Source: Candidatus Aenigmatarchaeota archaeon (lineage in GTDB: Archaea > Aenigmatarchaeota > Aenigmatarchaeia > CG10238-14 > SCSR01). Taken from it: a stretch of DNA of 61,482 nucleotides. The notes under the pieces are model-generated. The model ran no database searches. It saw nothing but the letters and a program-made list of their open reading frames with translations, and was not told where the DNA came from. Below, piece after piece: positions 41,223 through 51,413 of this stretch (position 1 is its first letter; each line of letters begins with the position of its first letter). Both the position numbers and the translations under genes were made by a program. The stretch lies in contig JABABT010000017.1 in NCBI GenBank assembly GCA_014238095.1, forward strand, positions 1 to 61,482. Direction: 5' to 3'.

Positions 41223-41846
41223 TTAATATTTAATATAATTAATAATTCTTTTCTTAGGAATTGCACCTTCACGAATTATATTTACTTTTTCATCAATAAT
41301 TTCAATTATTGTAGATGGTTTACCATGTTCACATTCACCAGCATCTAAAACTAAATCAACTTTATCTCCAATTTGATTAATAGACTCTTCAGCAGAATAA
41401 GGATCAGGTTTTCCAGATATGTTAGCTGATGTTGATGTTATTGGAAATTTTAATCTTTTCATTAATTCCTGTATTACTTTATTTGATGATACTCTTATTG
41501 CAATATTATCACCTCCAAATAATTTTCCAAGTGGTACTTTTGCTGGAAGAATCATTGTAATTCCTCCAGGTAGAAAAAAATCTGCTAATTTACATGCATT
41601 CTTATTAAAATATACATATTTTTTTGCTTGTTCAACACTAGAAAATAATATTGATATAGGTTTTTTTCTTTCTCTACCTTTTATATTAAAAACTCTTTCA
41701 ATAGAACCTGCATCCAAAATATTTGCACCAAGACCGTATAAAGTTTCAGTTGGATAAACAATAATACCACCAAGTTTCAAAATTCTAGCTGATTTTTCTA
41801 TTATTTCTGAATCTGGTTTTTCTGAATCTATTTTTAATATTTGCAT
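41223..41846 (-). CDS. tsaC: L-threonylcarbamoyladenylate synthase (TsaC/Sua5 YrdC domain only)
   Basis: YPTETLYGLG, KGRERKKP, ITSTSANISG, PSTI. Confidence 0.92.
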   Translation of the reverse strand: MQILKIDSEKPDSEIIEKSARILKLGGIIVYPTETLYGLGANILDAGSIERVFNIKGRERKKPISILFSSVEQAKKYVYFNKNACKLADFFLPGGITMILPAKVPLGKLFGGDNIAIRVSSNKVIQELMKRLKFPITSTSANISGKPDPYSAEESINQIGDKVDLVLDAGECEHGKPSTIIEIIDEKVNIIREGAIPKKRIINYIKY

Positions 41847-41878
41847 ATAATATTAAAGTTATTTACATAATTAATTAT

Positions 41879-43429
41879 ATGGTATTTGATAATGAGAAAA
41901 AAGATTTTTGGCCATTTGATATAGCAAAAAAATTAACAAATAATTGGAAAGAAAATAATCATATTATTTGTACTGGAACTTCAATTTCAGGTAATCCTCA
42001 TATTGGAAATGCTAATGATGTTATAATTGGAGATTCTATTAGAATAGCTTTAAGAAAAATTGGATCATCTGGGAATTTAATATGGATTGCTGATGATATG
42101 GATCCTTTTAGAAATGTACCAAAAAATATGCCAAATGAAATGGAAAAATATCTTGGTGTACCAGCTGCATTAATTCCAGATTTTTGGGATGATAATCATA
42201 ATGATTTTATAGAACATTTTAAAAATGATTTCATAGAACAACTTGAAAAATTAAAAATAAAACCAAAAATAATGAGTGGTATTAAAATGTATAAAGAAGG
42301 AATGTATAATGATTCAATTAAAATTGTAATGAATAAAAGAAATGAAATTGCTTCTATTTTGAATCAATATAAATCAAAAAAAATTATTGGTGAATGGTAT
42401 CCAATAAATATTATTTGTGAAAAATGTAATAAAATTTCTACTACAATTATTAAAAAATATGATGATGTAAAATATAAAGTTGAGTATTTATGTGATGATA
42501 AAAATATTTTACTAAATAAGAAAAATGAAATTAATGGATGTGGATATAATGGAATTATTTCTATATTAAATGGTAATGCTAAAATTACATGGAGAGTTGA
42601 ATGGGCAGCTAGATGGTCTTTTCTTGGAACAACATGTGAACCTTTTGGGAAAGAACATTCAACATATGGAGGAAGTTGGGATACAGGAAAGGAAATATCA
42701 AAAAAAATATTTAATTACAAACCACCAATGCCAATAATATATGAACATTTTCTTGTTAATGGAAATAAAATGTCTAAATCAAAAGGTAATGTGATAACAG
42801 TAAATGATATGTTAAAATATATGTTACCAGAACATTTAAGATATTGGATATTTCAGGGTAGGTTAACAATTGCAAAAAATATAATATTGAAAGATATTGT
42901 TCCTAAATTATTTAATGATTTCAATAATGCCGAAATGGTTTTTATAAATCCTGAAACTGAAAATGATCCAAAAAAAAGGAACAATTTAATAAGTGCATAT
43001 GAATTAGCTATTGGTGAAAATTATATTAATAAAAATAATTTAGGAAATAATATTAGTTTTGAAGAAATAAAAAAAAATATAATTGAAAATAGAAAATTTT
43101 ATGATGATGAAAAATTAAATAAAAAAATTAAATTAGTTAAGGCATGGATAAATGATTATGAAAAAAGGATTTTTTTTGATGAAAAATTACAAAATTCTGA
43201 GAAAAAATCAATAGAAGAAATAATAAAAATAATAAAAAATGAAACAGATGAAAATAAAATACAAATTGGAATTTTTGAAACTGCTAAAAATAATAATATA
43301 AAACCAATGAAAATTTTTAAACTTATTTATAATATTTTATTAGGATATGATAATGGTCCACGTCTTGGATCTTATATATTACAAATTGGTAAAGAAAATA
43401 TTATTAAAAAATTGGAGAAATGTTTATAA
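41879..43429 (+). CDS. lysS: Class I lysyl-tRNA synthetase
   Basis: SGNPHIGN, WRVEWAARW, EPFGKEH, KMSKSKGN, GPRLG. Confidence 0.95.
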   Translation: MVFDNEKKDFWPFDIAKKLTNNWKENNHIICTGTSISGNPHIGNANDVIIGDSIRIALRKIGSSGNLIWIADDMDPFRNVPKNMPNEMEKYLGVPAALIPDFWDDNHNDFIEHFKNDFIEQLEKLKIKPKIMSGIKMYKEGMYNDSIKIVMNKRNEIASILNQYKSKKIIGEWYPINIICEKCNKISTTIIKKYDDVKYKVEYLCDDKNILLNKKNEINGCGYNGIISILNGNAKITWRVEWAARWSFLGTTCEPFGKEHSTYGGSWDTGKEISKKIFNYKPPMPIIYEHFLVNGNKMSKSKGNVITVNDMLKYMLPEHLRYWIFQGRLTIAKNIILKDIVPKLFNDFNNAEMVFINPETENDPKKRNNLISAYELAIGENYINKNNLGNNISFEEIKKNIIENRKFYDDEKLNKKIKLVKAWINDYEKRIFFDEKLQNSEKKSIEEIIKIIKNETDENKIQIGIFETAKNNNIKPMKIFKLIYNILLGYDNGPRLGSYILQIGKENIIKKLEKCL

Positions 43430-44472
43430 TGAATTTATCTAATGTTTTTAAAAATGAAGAAATTCTTTCAACAGAATATATACCTAAAATATTAAAACAT
43501 AGAGAAACACAAATTCAACAAATTGCTAATAATCTAAAACCAATTAATGAAGGTAGAAAAGGTCAAAATACATTTATTTTTGGATCTTCTGGTATAGGTA
43601 AAACTTCAACAATAAAATATATTTTTGAAGAATTCGAAAATGAATGTCAAAATATAAAACCAATTTACATAAATTGTTGGGATTGTAACACATCTATAGC
43701 AATTTTATCTGAAATAACAACAAGACTTGGAAAATTTGTATCAAGAAGAGGTCTTGGTAAAGATGAAATAAATGAAAGATTTTTAGAAGCAGTTAAGAAA
43801 AATAAGGAAAATATTTTAATTTGTTTAGATGAAGTTGATCAATTAATATACAAAGATTCTGGAACTTTGTATAATTTACTTAGAATTAAACAATATATAA
43901 ATAAAGAAATAACACTTGTGATGATTTCAAATAACTCTCATATTTTTTCTAATTTAGAAAATAGAATATTAAGTAGTCTAAATATAGAAGAAATAGAATT
44001 TAAACCATATAATATAAATGAAATGAAAAATATTTTATTAGAAAGATCTAAAAATGCTTTTATAGAATTTGAAAATACTGCTATAACTTTAGCAGCAAAT
44101 AAAGCAATAAATAATGGTGGAGATGTTAGAATAGGTTTACAATGTTTACAAAATGCTGGTAGATTAGCTAACAAAAAAGATTCTACTAAACTAAAACTTG
44201 AATTTATGAAAGAAGTAGTAAAAAAAATGAAAAATCCAAAAAAAGAAGATATTAAAAAAAAATTAAATGAAAATGAAAGAATTATTTTTGGATTAATGGA
44301 AAAAAATGATGATATTTCATTTACAAAATTATATGAAAAATATTGTAAGAAAAAAGAAAATCCAGTAAGTATTAGAATGTTTCAAAATTACATAAATCAT
44401 TTAGAACAAGTTAATATGATAAAATTAAGTGAAAATAAAATTAATGGGAAAAGAATTATTTATAAAAATTAA
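43429..44472 (+). CDS. cdc6: Cdc6/Orc1 family AAA+ replication initiation protein
   Basis: EYIPKILKHRETQI, GSSGIGKT, YINCW, LDEVDQL, FKPYN, GDVR; start at TAATG overlap with lysS. Confidence 0.88.
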   Translation: MNLSNVFKNEEILSTEYIPKILKHRETQIQQIANNLKPINEGRKGQNTFIFGSSGIGKTSTIKYIFEEFENECQNIKPIYINCWDCNTSIAILSEITTRLGKFVSRRGLGKDEINERFLEAVKKNKENILICLDEVDQLIYKDSGTLYNLLRIKQYINKEITLVMISNNSHIFSNLENRILSSLNIEEIEFKPYNINEMKNILLERSKNAFIEFENTAITLAANKAINNGGDVRIGLQCLQNAGRLANKKDSTKLKLEFMKEVVKKMKNPKKEDIKKKLNENERIIFGLMEKNDDISFTKLYEKYCKKKENPVSIRMFQNYINHLEQVNMIKLSENKINGKRIIYKN

Positions 44473-45740
44473 GCAATAATTGCTGTTCCACCAGCATGCC
44501 ATGAAATTCTAGGTCTTATATTAATAGTAAATACTTTTTCCATATTATCATCTAAAATTACAGCTGCTCCAGGCCATCTAGGTAAAGAATTTATATATTT
44601 CCAAAGATTTTCTGAATGATAAGTTTGCATAACTGAATGAAGGGCTTCTAAATCATCACGTGAAGTAAGTCTATTAGAGATAACAATATCTGTTTGTGAT
44701 AATATGTCTTGATGGATTTTATTTGGCATTTGAGTAATAACCGTAAGACTTACACCGGGTTCTCTTCCTTGTTTTGAAATTATTTTCAAAGGTTCTGAAG
44801 AAACTGTTTCTATATCTGATGGAATAAAATTATGAGCTTCATCTATAATCAACCAAATCATAGGTTTTTTATTTTTTAAAATTTCTCCTGTTATTTTTGA
44901 TACTTCTTCTTCTTTTCTTGCTATAACTCTTATATCATAAATTTTTCTTGATATTAATGCTACAATTAAATTTCTTACACTCCAAGCTTGTGAAGATCTC
45001 AACCTAGATAAATCAATAATAGTAATTTGTCCTGGTTTTATCATTGAAGATATATCTGAACCATTTTCATCAAAAACTCCCCATTGTTCTGCAACAGTTA
45101 ACATATTTTTAATTGCATTTTTTATATCATCTGAAGTTTCATTATCATCTCTAATTTTAGAAATTATATCATCTATTGAAAATTTTTCTTCAGATTTAAT
45201 TAATTGATTTATATTTTTTTCTAATGAAATTCCTATAGAACTTGTTCGTTCTAAATTAAATGCTAATAACCAATCTTCTGCACTAAATTCATAAGGTGCA
45301 ATTGATATTCCTTCATCTATTGGAATATTTGATTTTTCATATTCTTTTAATTGACTTGTTGGTGCAAAAATTTTAATATTATTCATTGCTTGTGGTTTTA
45401 ATTTCCAATCTTCAACTAATTGAATTTGTTGTTCATTTGGAAATTTCATACTCCAAAATATTCCCATTGTATCTATTACAACTGTTGCTATATTTTCTCT
45501 GTATTTTTCTTCTAAATTACAAACTTCTTCTACAAAAACACCAGCAATATATGATTTTCCTGTTCCACGTTTACCACTAATTAAAGAAACATGAGGTCTT
45601 AATAAATCAAATCTAACTTTTGTTGTTAAATGTGCATCTTCACCAGTACCAACAATATGTTTTCCTATGTAACCTGTACATTTATCATTATATATTTCCA
45701 AATCTTTTTTACTTCTACCAACAATTGTCTGATATACCAC
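44469..45740 (-). CDS. HerA/FtsK-like (DUF87) ATPase, GTG start
   Basis: RPHVSLISGKRGTGKSY, IDTMGIFW, IIDEAHNF, QGREPGVSL..TQMP. Confidence 0.85.
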   Translation of the reverse strand: MVYQTIVGRSKKDLEIYNDKCTGYIGKHIVGTGEDAHLTTKVRFDLLRPHVSLISGKRGTGKSYIAGVFVEEVCNLEEKYRENIATVVIDTMGIFWSMKFPNEQQIQLVEDWKLKPQAMNNIKIFAPTSQLKEYEKSNIPIDEGISIAPYEFSAEDWLLAFNLERTSSIGISLEKNINQLIKSEEKFSIDDIISKIRDDNETSDDIKNAIKNMLTVAEQWGVFDENGSDISSMIKPGQITIIDLSRLRSSQAWSVRNLIVALISRKIYDIRVIARKEEEVSKITGEILKNKKPMIWLIIDEAHNFIPSDIETVSSEPLKIISKQGREPGVSLTVITQMPNKIHQDILSQTDIVISNRLTSRDDLEALHSVMQTYHSENLWKYINSLPRWPGAAVILDDNMEKVFTINIRPRISWHAGGTAIIA

Positions 45741-45848
45741 AATTAATGTTTAATTTGAATGAACATAAATGTATTTTATATAACAAAAAATTATTTGAAT
45801 TTAGAAAAAGATTAAATTATAAATAACATATTCTATTTTTATTATTAT

Positions 45849-45922
45849 GGGGTTGTCGGCTAATTTGGTTAGGCTTCGAGCTTTGGGAGCTTGCGATCTG
45901 GGTTCAAATCCCAGCGACCCCA
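45849..45922 (+). tRNA. tRNA-Pro(TGG)
   Basis: Acceptor GGGGTTG/CGACCCC, anticodon stem CGAGC/GCTTG, loop TT-TGG-GA, T arm CTGGG-TTCAAAT-CCCAG. Confidence 0.92.
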
Positions 45923-45980
45923 TTTATGATATTTAATTATAAATAACAAAATATTTGATAATATAAAAATTATATTTTAT

Positions 45981-46268
45981 ATGACTGAAAATAAAAAACC
46001 AGAATGGTTAGAAAAAATAATTGAAGAAAGAATAATTATATTGTTTAAATTAGCAAATGAATTTTTAGATAAAAATGAAAAAAGAAGTAAACGTTATATT
46101 CAACTTTCTAGGAAAATTGCAACACGTCATAGAATGAAATTACCAAAAAAATTAAAAAGAAATTTTTGTAAGAAATGTAATATATTATTTACAGATAAAA
46201 ACACTATTAAAAGAAAAAATAATCAAATAAACAAAATTATTTTTAAATGTAAAAAATGTGATTATTAA
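45981..46268 (+). CDS. rnp4: RNase P protein Rpp21/Rpr2 (component 4), possibly ending prematurely
   Basis: ERIIILF..RYIQLSRKIA..FCKKC..CKKC; upstream of rps19e. Confidence 0.88.
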   Translation: MTENKKPEWLEKIIEERIIILFKLANEFLDKNEKRSKRYIQLSRKIATRHRMKLPKKLKRNFCKKCNILFTDKNTIKRKNNQINKIIFKCKKCDY

Positions 46269-46325
46269 TATTATTATATAATGAAGAAACAAATGTTTTT
46301 ATATTTACCATAATAATAATTTTCT

Positions 46326-46748
46326 ATGACATCAGCAAGATTAGCAAATCCAAGAAAACTTATTGAAAGACTTGAAAAAGAATTAAAAAAAGAGGAGAAA
46401 ATTAAACCAACTGAATGGTCAAAATTTGTTAAAAGTGGATCACATAAAATAAGACCCCCATATAATGAAAATTTTTGGTATACAAGATCTGCATCTCTTT
46501 TGAGGAGAATTTATATTGATGGACCTGTTGGTGTTGAAAAACTTCGAAGATTTTATGGTGGAAGGAAAAAAATGGGACATAAACCAGCTAGATCAAAACT
46601 TTCTGGTGGAAATCATTTAAGGAAAATATTACAACAACTTGAAAAGGTTGGGTATATTTCAATGCATAAAAAAGGTGGTAGAAAGATTACATCTAAAGGT
46701 ATGAAATTTATGGATAATATTTCAAAGGTTATAAAAGATGATAAATAA
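46326..46748 (+). CDS. rps19e: 30S ribosomal protein S19e
   Basis: FVKSG, WYTRSASLLRRIY..GPVGVEKLR..YGG, ILQQLE. Confidence 0.95.
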   Translation: MTSARLANPRKLIERLEKELKKEEKIKPTEWSKFVKSGSHKIRPPYNENFWYTRSASLLRRIYIDGPVGVEKLRRFYGGRKKMGHKPARSKLSGGNHLRKILQQLEKVGYISMHKKGGRKITSKGMKFMDNISKVIKDDK

Positions 46749-47004
46749 TCAAAATAATTTAGAAAATATAAAAGAAGTTGAATTTATGAGAAAACAAACT
46801 TTAAGAAAAATATTATCTAAATCTGCTATGGAAAGACTTTATCGTGTTAAAATAATAAAACCAAATATAGTAGCAAAAATAGAAGAATATTTAATTGGTC
46901 TTTATCAAAATGGTAAAGTTAATAAAGAAGTATCAGAAAATCAAATAAAAATGATTTTAGATACTGTTAATGGTAAAACAAATATTAACATAAATAGGAA
47001 ATGA
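46738..47004 (+). CDS. PDCD5-like DNA-binding protein
   Basis: LRKILSKSAMERL..VK..KP..IEEYLIGLYQNG; follows rps19e as in other archaea. Confidence 0.85.
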   Translation: MINNQNNLENIKEVEFMRKQTLRKILSKSAMERLYRVKIIKPNIVAKIEEYLIGLYQNGKVNKEVSENQIKMILDTVNGKTNININRK

Positions 47005-47008
47005 TTAT

Positions 47009-47239
47009 ATGTCAGGAAAGAAAAAAATTGGTTCAGCAGGAAGATATGGGTCTAGATATGGAAAAAAGGTAAGGAAATTAGTTTCTAATATTGAAAAAAT
47101 ACAAAAGAAAAGACATATATGTCCTCGTTGCGATATGCCTTATGTGAAATGGTTATCAGCTGGAGTTTGGAACTGTAGTAAATGTTATACAAAATTTGCT
47201 GGTGGTGCCTGGACAACAATAATTCAAAGGAGAAAATAA
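47009..47239 (+). CDS. rpl37ae: 50S ribosomal protein L37Ae
   Basis: GSAGRYGSRYG, CPRC..WNCSKC..FAGGAW. Confidence 0.95.
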   Translation: MSGKKKIGSAGRYGSRYGKKVRKLVSNIEKIQKKRHICPRCDMPYVKWLSAGVWNCSKCYTKFAGGAWTTIIQRRK

Positions 47240-47240
47240 A

Positions 47241-47369
47241 ATGTACAAATGTATTAGATGTAAAAAAGTAATTGATGAATATGATAACAAAATAAGATGT
47301 CCTTATTGTGGATTCCGAATTTATTCCAAAATAAGACCTGAAATTGTGAGAAGAGTTGTCGCAAAATAA
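47241..47369 (+). CDS. rpo12: RNA polymerase subunit Rpo12 (RpoP), not in ORF track
   Basis: Manual translation MYKCIRCKKVIDEYDNKIRCPYCGFRIYSKIRPEIVRRVVAK*; AGGAG SD; follows rpl37ae. Confidence 0.95.
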   Translation: MYKCIRCKKVIDEYDNKIRCPYCGFRIYSKIRPEIVRRVVAK

Positions 47370-47583
47370 TTTTAAATTCAAAATTAAAATACCTTGTAGT
47401 GAACCTAAAATAATTGTTGAAAGTTTAATTCCTGATATTAAAAAAGATAAATATTCTAAAATTAATTTAAAATTTGGAAAAGATTATATTGAATTATTTG
47501 TTTCTAATTCTAAAATTGGACATATGAAAGCTATTGTAAATACTTACATTTCTTTAATACAAACTCTACAAAATATTGAATAA
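47356..47583 (+). CDS. pcc1: KEOPS complex subunit Pcc1 (TTG start)
   Basis: SLIPD, MKAIVNTY motif, synteny rpo12-pcc1-pfdB. Confidence 0.75.
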   Translation: MSQNNFKFKIKIPCSEPKIIVESLIPDIKKDKYSKINLKFGKDYIELFVSNSKIGHMKAIVNTYISLIQTLQNIE

Positions 47584-47807
47584 ATTTATAATTAAAATCT
47601 TTCAAATATATTTTGTGGAATAAATAATTAAAATTAATAATTATTCAAAAATCCTAATATTTTTTTCATTTATTTTTAATCTTCTGTTTCTTTATTAACA
47701 AACATTTCAAATAATTATTTATGGTTAAATTTGAAGATTTTTAAACAAAAACTTTCAAATATACTTCTTTATAAATATCAATTTTCAGATATGTATGTAG
47801 GATTTTT

Positions 47808-48143
47808 ATGAAAGATATGTCAGATGATACAAAACAAGCATTTATGGAATTCCAAACATACCAACAACAATTTCAGGCTATTGCTGTTCAAAGAGAAAAT
47901 ATGAAAATACAAGAAATGGAAATTGAGAAGGCTCTTGATGAATTAAAAAATACAGAAGAAAAAACAGCTTATAAAATTACTGGTGCTGTTATGGTAAGTA
48001 AACCTATAGAAGAAATAATTTCTGATTTGAATGATACAAAAGAAGCTATTAGTGTTAGGATGAAAAGTTTTGATAAAACAGAAGAACAACTTACAAATAA
48101 AATAAAGGAAATTCAGGAAAAATTAAGAGGTGCTGTTAAATGA
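47808..48143 (+). CDS. pfdB: Prefoldin subunit beta
   Basis: QQQFQ..EIEKALDEL..YKITGAVMV coiled-coil. Confidence 0.92.
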   Translation: MKDMSDDTKQAFMEFQTYQQQFQAIAVQRENMKIQEMEIEKALDELKNTEEKTAYKITGAVMVSKPIEEIISDLNDTKEAISVRMKSFDKTEEQLTNKIKEIQEKLRGAVK

Positions 48144-48400
48144 TATCAGCATGTACTGAAATTTCCCAAATAATTCAATTACTTGATATAATTATTTCTG
48201 ATAGAACTGTACCAAAAAATATTAGGAAAATTATAGAAGATTCTAAAACAGAATTAAATTCCAATGAAAAATCTAAGGAATTGAAAATTTCAACTGCGAT
48301 TCATTTATTGGATGATATAACAAATGATCCTAATATGCCTCAATATACTAGAACTCAACTTTGGAATACAGTAAGTATGCTTGAAGAACTTAGAAAATAA
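48140..48400 (+). CDS. UPF0147 family protein
   Basis: DRTVPKNIR, LDDITNDPNMPQYTRTQLWN. Confidence 0.9.
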   Translation: MISACTEISQIIQLLDIIISDRTVPKNIRKIIEDSKTELNSNEKSKELKISTAIHLLDDITNDPNMPQYTRTQLWNTVSMLEELRK

Positions 48401-48462
48401 TTTTTTTATAATTGGAATTAAATATATAAATCATCTTTTCAATATTAATTTATATTGATTAT

Positions 48463-48819
48463 ATGATTCTAAACAAAATAAAGAAAATTATGAAACAGAA
48501 TTCAAAAAATAAAAATTATATTGAAAAAAATTATTTGGAAATTGTAGAAGATAGTTTAAAATCAAATCAAAATATAGAATTGAAAATTGAAAAATTAAAA
48601 GATTATAATGATGTTGAAAGAGTACAAAAAGAATTAAGAGAAGGTAGTATAATATTTTTGAATATAAAAGAATTACGTGTAAGAGATATTTCTGAATTAA
48701 AAAAATCTGTTGATAAATTAAGAAAAACATGTACAGCAATCGATGGAGATATTGTTGGAATTGAAAATGAATATTTAATAATAACGCCTAGTTTTGCTGA
48801 AATTTATAGAGGTAAATAA
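48463..48819 (+). CDS. sepF: Cell division protein SepF (archaeal)
   Basis: LREGSIIFLNI, ELKKSVDKL..IDGDIVGI..LIITP. Confidence 0.85.
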   Translation: MILNKIKKIMKQNSKNKNYIEKNYLEIVEDSLKSNQNIELKIEKLKDYNDVERVQKELREGSIIFLNIKELRVRDISELKKSVDKLRKTCTAIDGDIVGIENEYLIITPSFAEIYRGK

Positions 48820-50313
48820 TTATTTTATAATTTTTCCTATTTCTTCAAATTTTATTTTACCATCTAAAAGATTTCTTAGAATAGATTCTAAAAATTCAAT
48901 TTTAACAAATATTTGTTTCTTAGTATTTCTATCTCTTAATGTAACCTTACCTGTTTCTTTTGTACCATAATCAATTGTAATACAATACAATGTTCCTCTT
49001 TCATCTTCTCTATAATACATTTTACCAATACTACCACTATGGTCAAAAACAGCGTCGAATTTTCCACTTAAATTTTCAAATATTTTTCTTGCTTCAATAT
49101 CTAAACCTGATTTGTTAACAAGTGGAAATACTGCAATTTCAAAAGGAACAATAGGTGAAGGTAGATTCAAAAAAATTCTTTCTCCATCTTTTTTATGAAA
49201 TATTTCTATTAATGAATAAATATTTCTATCTACACCAAATGAAAGTTCTATAACATGAGGAATTATTTTTTTCTTTTTATCACTCAAAAAAACTTTTTGT
49301 GATTTTCCTGATAATTTTTCATGATTTTTTAAATCATAATCTGTTCTATAATGAATTCCACCAACTTCCTTAAATCCTCCAAGACTTAATAAATCTAATT
49401 CAATATCAAAATGGATTTTATTATAAAACGCTTTTTCTTCATTTGAAAGTTTTCTGAATCTAAACTTTTCTTTTGGAATTTTTAAAATATCCAAATAAAA
49501 TTTCTGAATTTTTGACATATAATACACATAAAATTTTGGTATTTTCATATTAGAAACTAAATTATTACATGTAATTTCAATATTTTTTTTATTTTCATTT
49601 AAAATAATTTTATAATCTTTTATTTCATCCCAAGAACTAATATTTTCTATTTCTTCAAAATCAAAAAATATTTGAAGTTCAGCTTGAGTAAATTCACGTG
49701 TTCTTGTAATTAAATTTCTAGGAGATATTTCATTTCTAAAAACTTTCCCTATAATTGCCAAACCCATTGGTAATCTATTTCTTAAAATATTATATTGTCT
49801 CATAAAATTAGTAAAAGCTCCTTGTGCTGTTTCTGGTCTCATAAAAGCATTTTTGTCTTTTTCTCCAATATTAATAGAGAACATCATATTCAATACATAA
49901 AATTCTTTAAATTCTCCTTTACAATTTGGACATTTTATATTATATTTCTTTATTAATTCTTTTAGTTCTTCTATAGTAAGTCCCTCAAAATTTTCTTTTA
50001 GAAAATCTTCGAGTATATGATCAGCTCTATGTTGTGTACCACATTTACTACATTTTGCAACTGGGTCTACAAAATTATTTAAATGACCACTTGCAGCAAA
50101 AACATTTTTATGCATTATATTACTTGGTTCTATTTCTACGAAATTTTCATTTAAACCTAAAAAATATTTTCTCCAAACATTTTCAAATTTCCTTTTCAAT
50201 AAAGTACCATTATTACCATAATCATAAAATCCTGCTAATCCACCATAAATTTCTGATGATTGCCAGAAGAAACCTTTTTTCCTAACAAATTCATCTATCT
50301 TATCTATTTCCAT
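48820..50313 (-). CDS. glyS: Glycyl-tRNA synthetase (alpha2 type)
   Basis: SEIYGGLAGFYDYG, RPETAQG, FRNEISPR..RTREFTQAE, PHVIELSFGVDR. Confidence 0.96.
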   Translation of the reverse strand: MEIDKIDEFVRKKGFFWQSSEIYGGLAGFYDYGNNGTLLKRKFENVWRKYFLGLNENFVEIEPSNIMHKNVFAASGHLNNFVDPVAKCSKCGTQHRADHILEDFLKENFEGLTIEELKELIKKYNIKCPNCKGEFKEFYVLNMMFSINIGEKDKNAFMRPETAQGAFTNFMRQYNILRNRLPMGLAIIGKVFRNEISPRNLITRTREFTQAELQIFFDFEEIENISSWDEIKDYKIILNENKKNIEITCNNLVSNMKIPKFYVYYMSKIQKFYLDILKIPKEKFRFRKLSNEEKAFYNKIHFDIELDLLSLGGFKEVGGIHYRTDYDLKNHEKLSGKSQKVFLSDKKKKIIPHVIELSFGVDRNIYSLIEIFHKKDGERIFLNLPSPIVPFEIAVFPLVNKSGLDIEARKIFENLSGKFDAVFDHSGSIGKMYYREDERGTLYCITIDYGTKETGKVTLRDRNTKKQIFVKIEFLESILRNLLDGKIKFEEIGKIIK

Positions 50314-50335
50314 TAAAATAGTTATATTTTAGTTT

Positions 50336-51361
50336 TTATTTCTTTAACCATGAGCCCAAATTTGATTGTAATCCATCTTTTTTCAAATCTTCTAATTTAG
50401 AAATTCTTTTTTCAATTCTATCTCTAGAGAAACCATAATCATCAGATAATAATTCAATTATTTTATCTGATTGTATTTTTCCCCATTTTATTTCTTTTTT
50501 TTCAGTTACAGGTGGATTTAAGAAAAAATTTAAAATATCATATGGATTATTACTTTCATTCCATTTTATTTTTTCTAAAATTTTATCAAGTGTTTTATAT
50601 TCTCTAACTATTTTTAATGCATTTTTTGGTCCATATCCTTTAATTCCTCTATTATAATCGGTTCCTATTAACATACCAATTAAAATAAGTTGTTCTTGAT
50701 TAATTCCCAGTATTTTTTTTATTTTATTTAATTCTAGAATTTCTGGCCTAACTTCTACCCAAACTTCCTTATTTGGAACTTTCTTTTTTCCTGAAAGTGA
50801 TAAATTTCTTATTAATTTAGGTGCTCCAAATAAAATAGAATCATAATCTTGACTTGAAACTAAATCAACTATATTTTGTTTACAAAGAAATGAACATGTT
50901 GCTTCACCTTCACTAGGAGCATTAATTATTGGAATTCCCATATAGCTTATAAGTTTTTTACTAGATTCTATAACATCAGATGTTATTCTTGTTGTTCCTT
51001 GAGCATAAGTTTTTGCATCCTTTCCTTCTTTTAATGCTATTTTCCATTTTTCCTCAGATTCTTTTTTTCTTTTTTCTCTTTTTTCTAAAGTATACATTTT
51101 GAAATTTGGTGGTTTACCATCAAAAACCATTACTGGTTTTATACCAATTTCTAATTGTTTTGAAAATCTATATAAAAGACCTGATAAATGAGAAGTTATT
51201 CTACCTTGATTATCTTTTAATAATTCTCCTGTAAATCTATCACGTATTATTGATATAAATTGATATATTGTATTATAAGCATCTATAGCAATTTTTTTAC
51301 CCGTAAGTAAATTGATATCTGTTTCTTCTCTTTCTAAAAGACTTGAAATTTGTACTCCCAT
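50336..51361 (-). CDS. fen: Flap endonuclease 1
   Basis: MGVQI, IDAYN..YQF, FDGKPP, APSEGEA, SQDYD, GTDYN, PIP box QSNLGSW. Confidence 0.96.
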   Translation of the reverse strand: MGVQISSLLEREETDINLLTGKKIAIDAYNTIYQFISIIRDRFTGELLKDNQGRITSHLSGLLYRFSKQLEIGIKPVMVFDGKPPNFKMYTLEKREKRKKESEEKWKIALKEGKDAKTYAQGTTRITSDVIESSKKLISYMGIPIINAPSEGEATCSFLCKQNIVDLVSSQDYDSILFGAPKLIRNLSLSGKKKVPNKEVWVEVRPEILELNKIKKILGINQEQLILIGMLIGTDYNRGIKGYGPKNALKIVREYKTLDKILEKIKWNESNNPYDILNFFLNPPVTEKKEIKWGKIQSDKIIELLSDDYGFSRDRIEKRISKLEDLKKDGLQSNLGSWLKK

Positions 51362-51413
51362 ATAAGAAATATAAAAAAATAATATATATAAACATCATTT
51401 TCTAAATGTTTTC

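Noticed and set aside
44469..45740. HerA partner of a herA-nurA-mre11-rad50 operon or an anti-phage HerA system
   Set aside because: It is ~18 kb from mre11/rad50 and has no adjacent nurA, Sir2 or nuclease gene; function left unassigned
43380..45980. Replication origin next to cdc6
   Set aside because: cdc6 overlaps both neighbours and I found no ORB-like repeats with G-strings in nearby spacers
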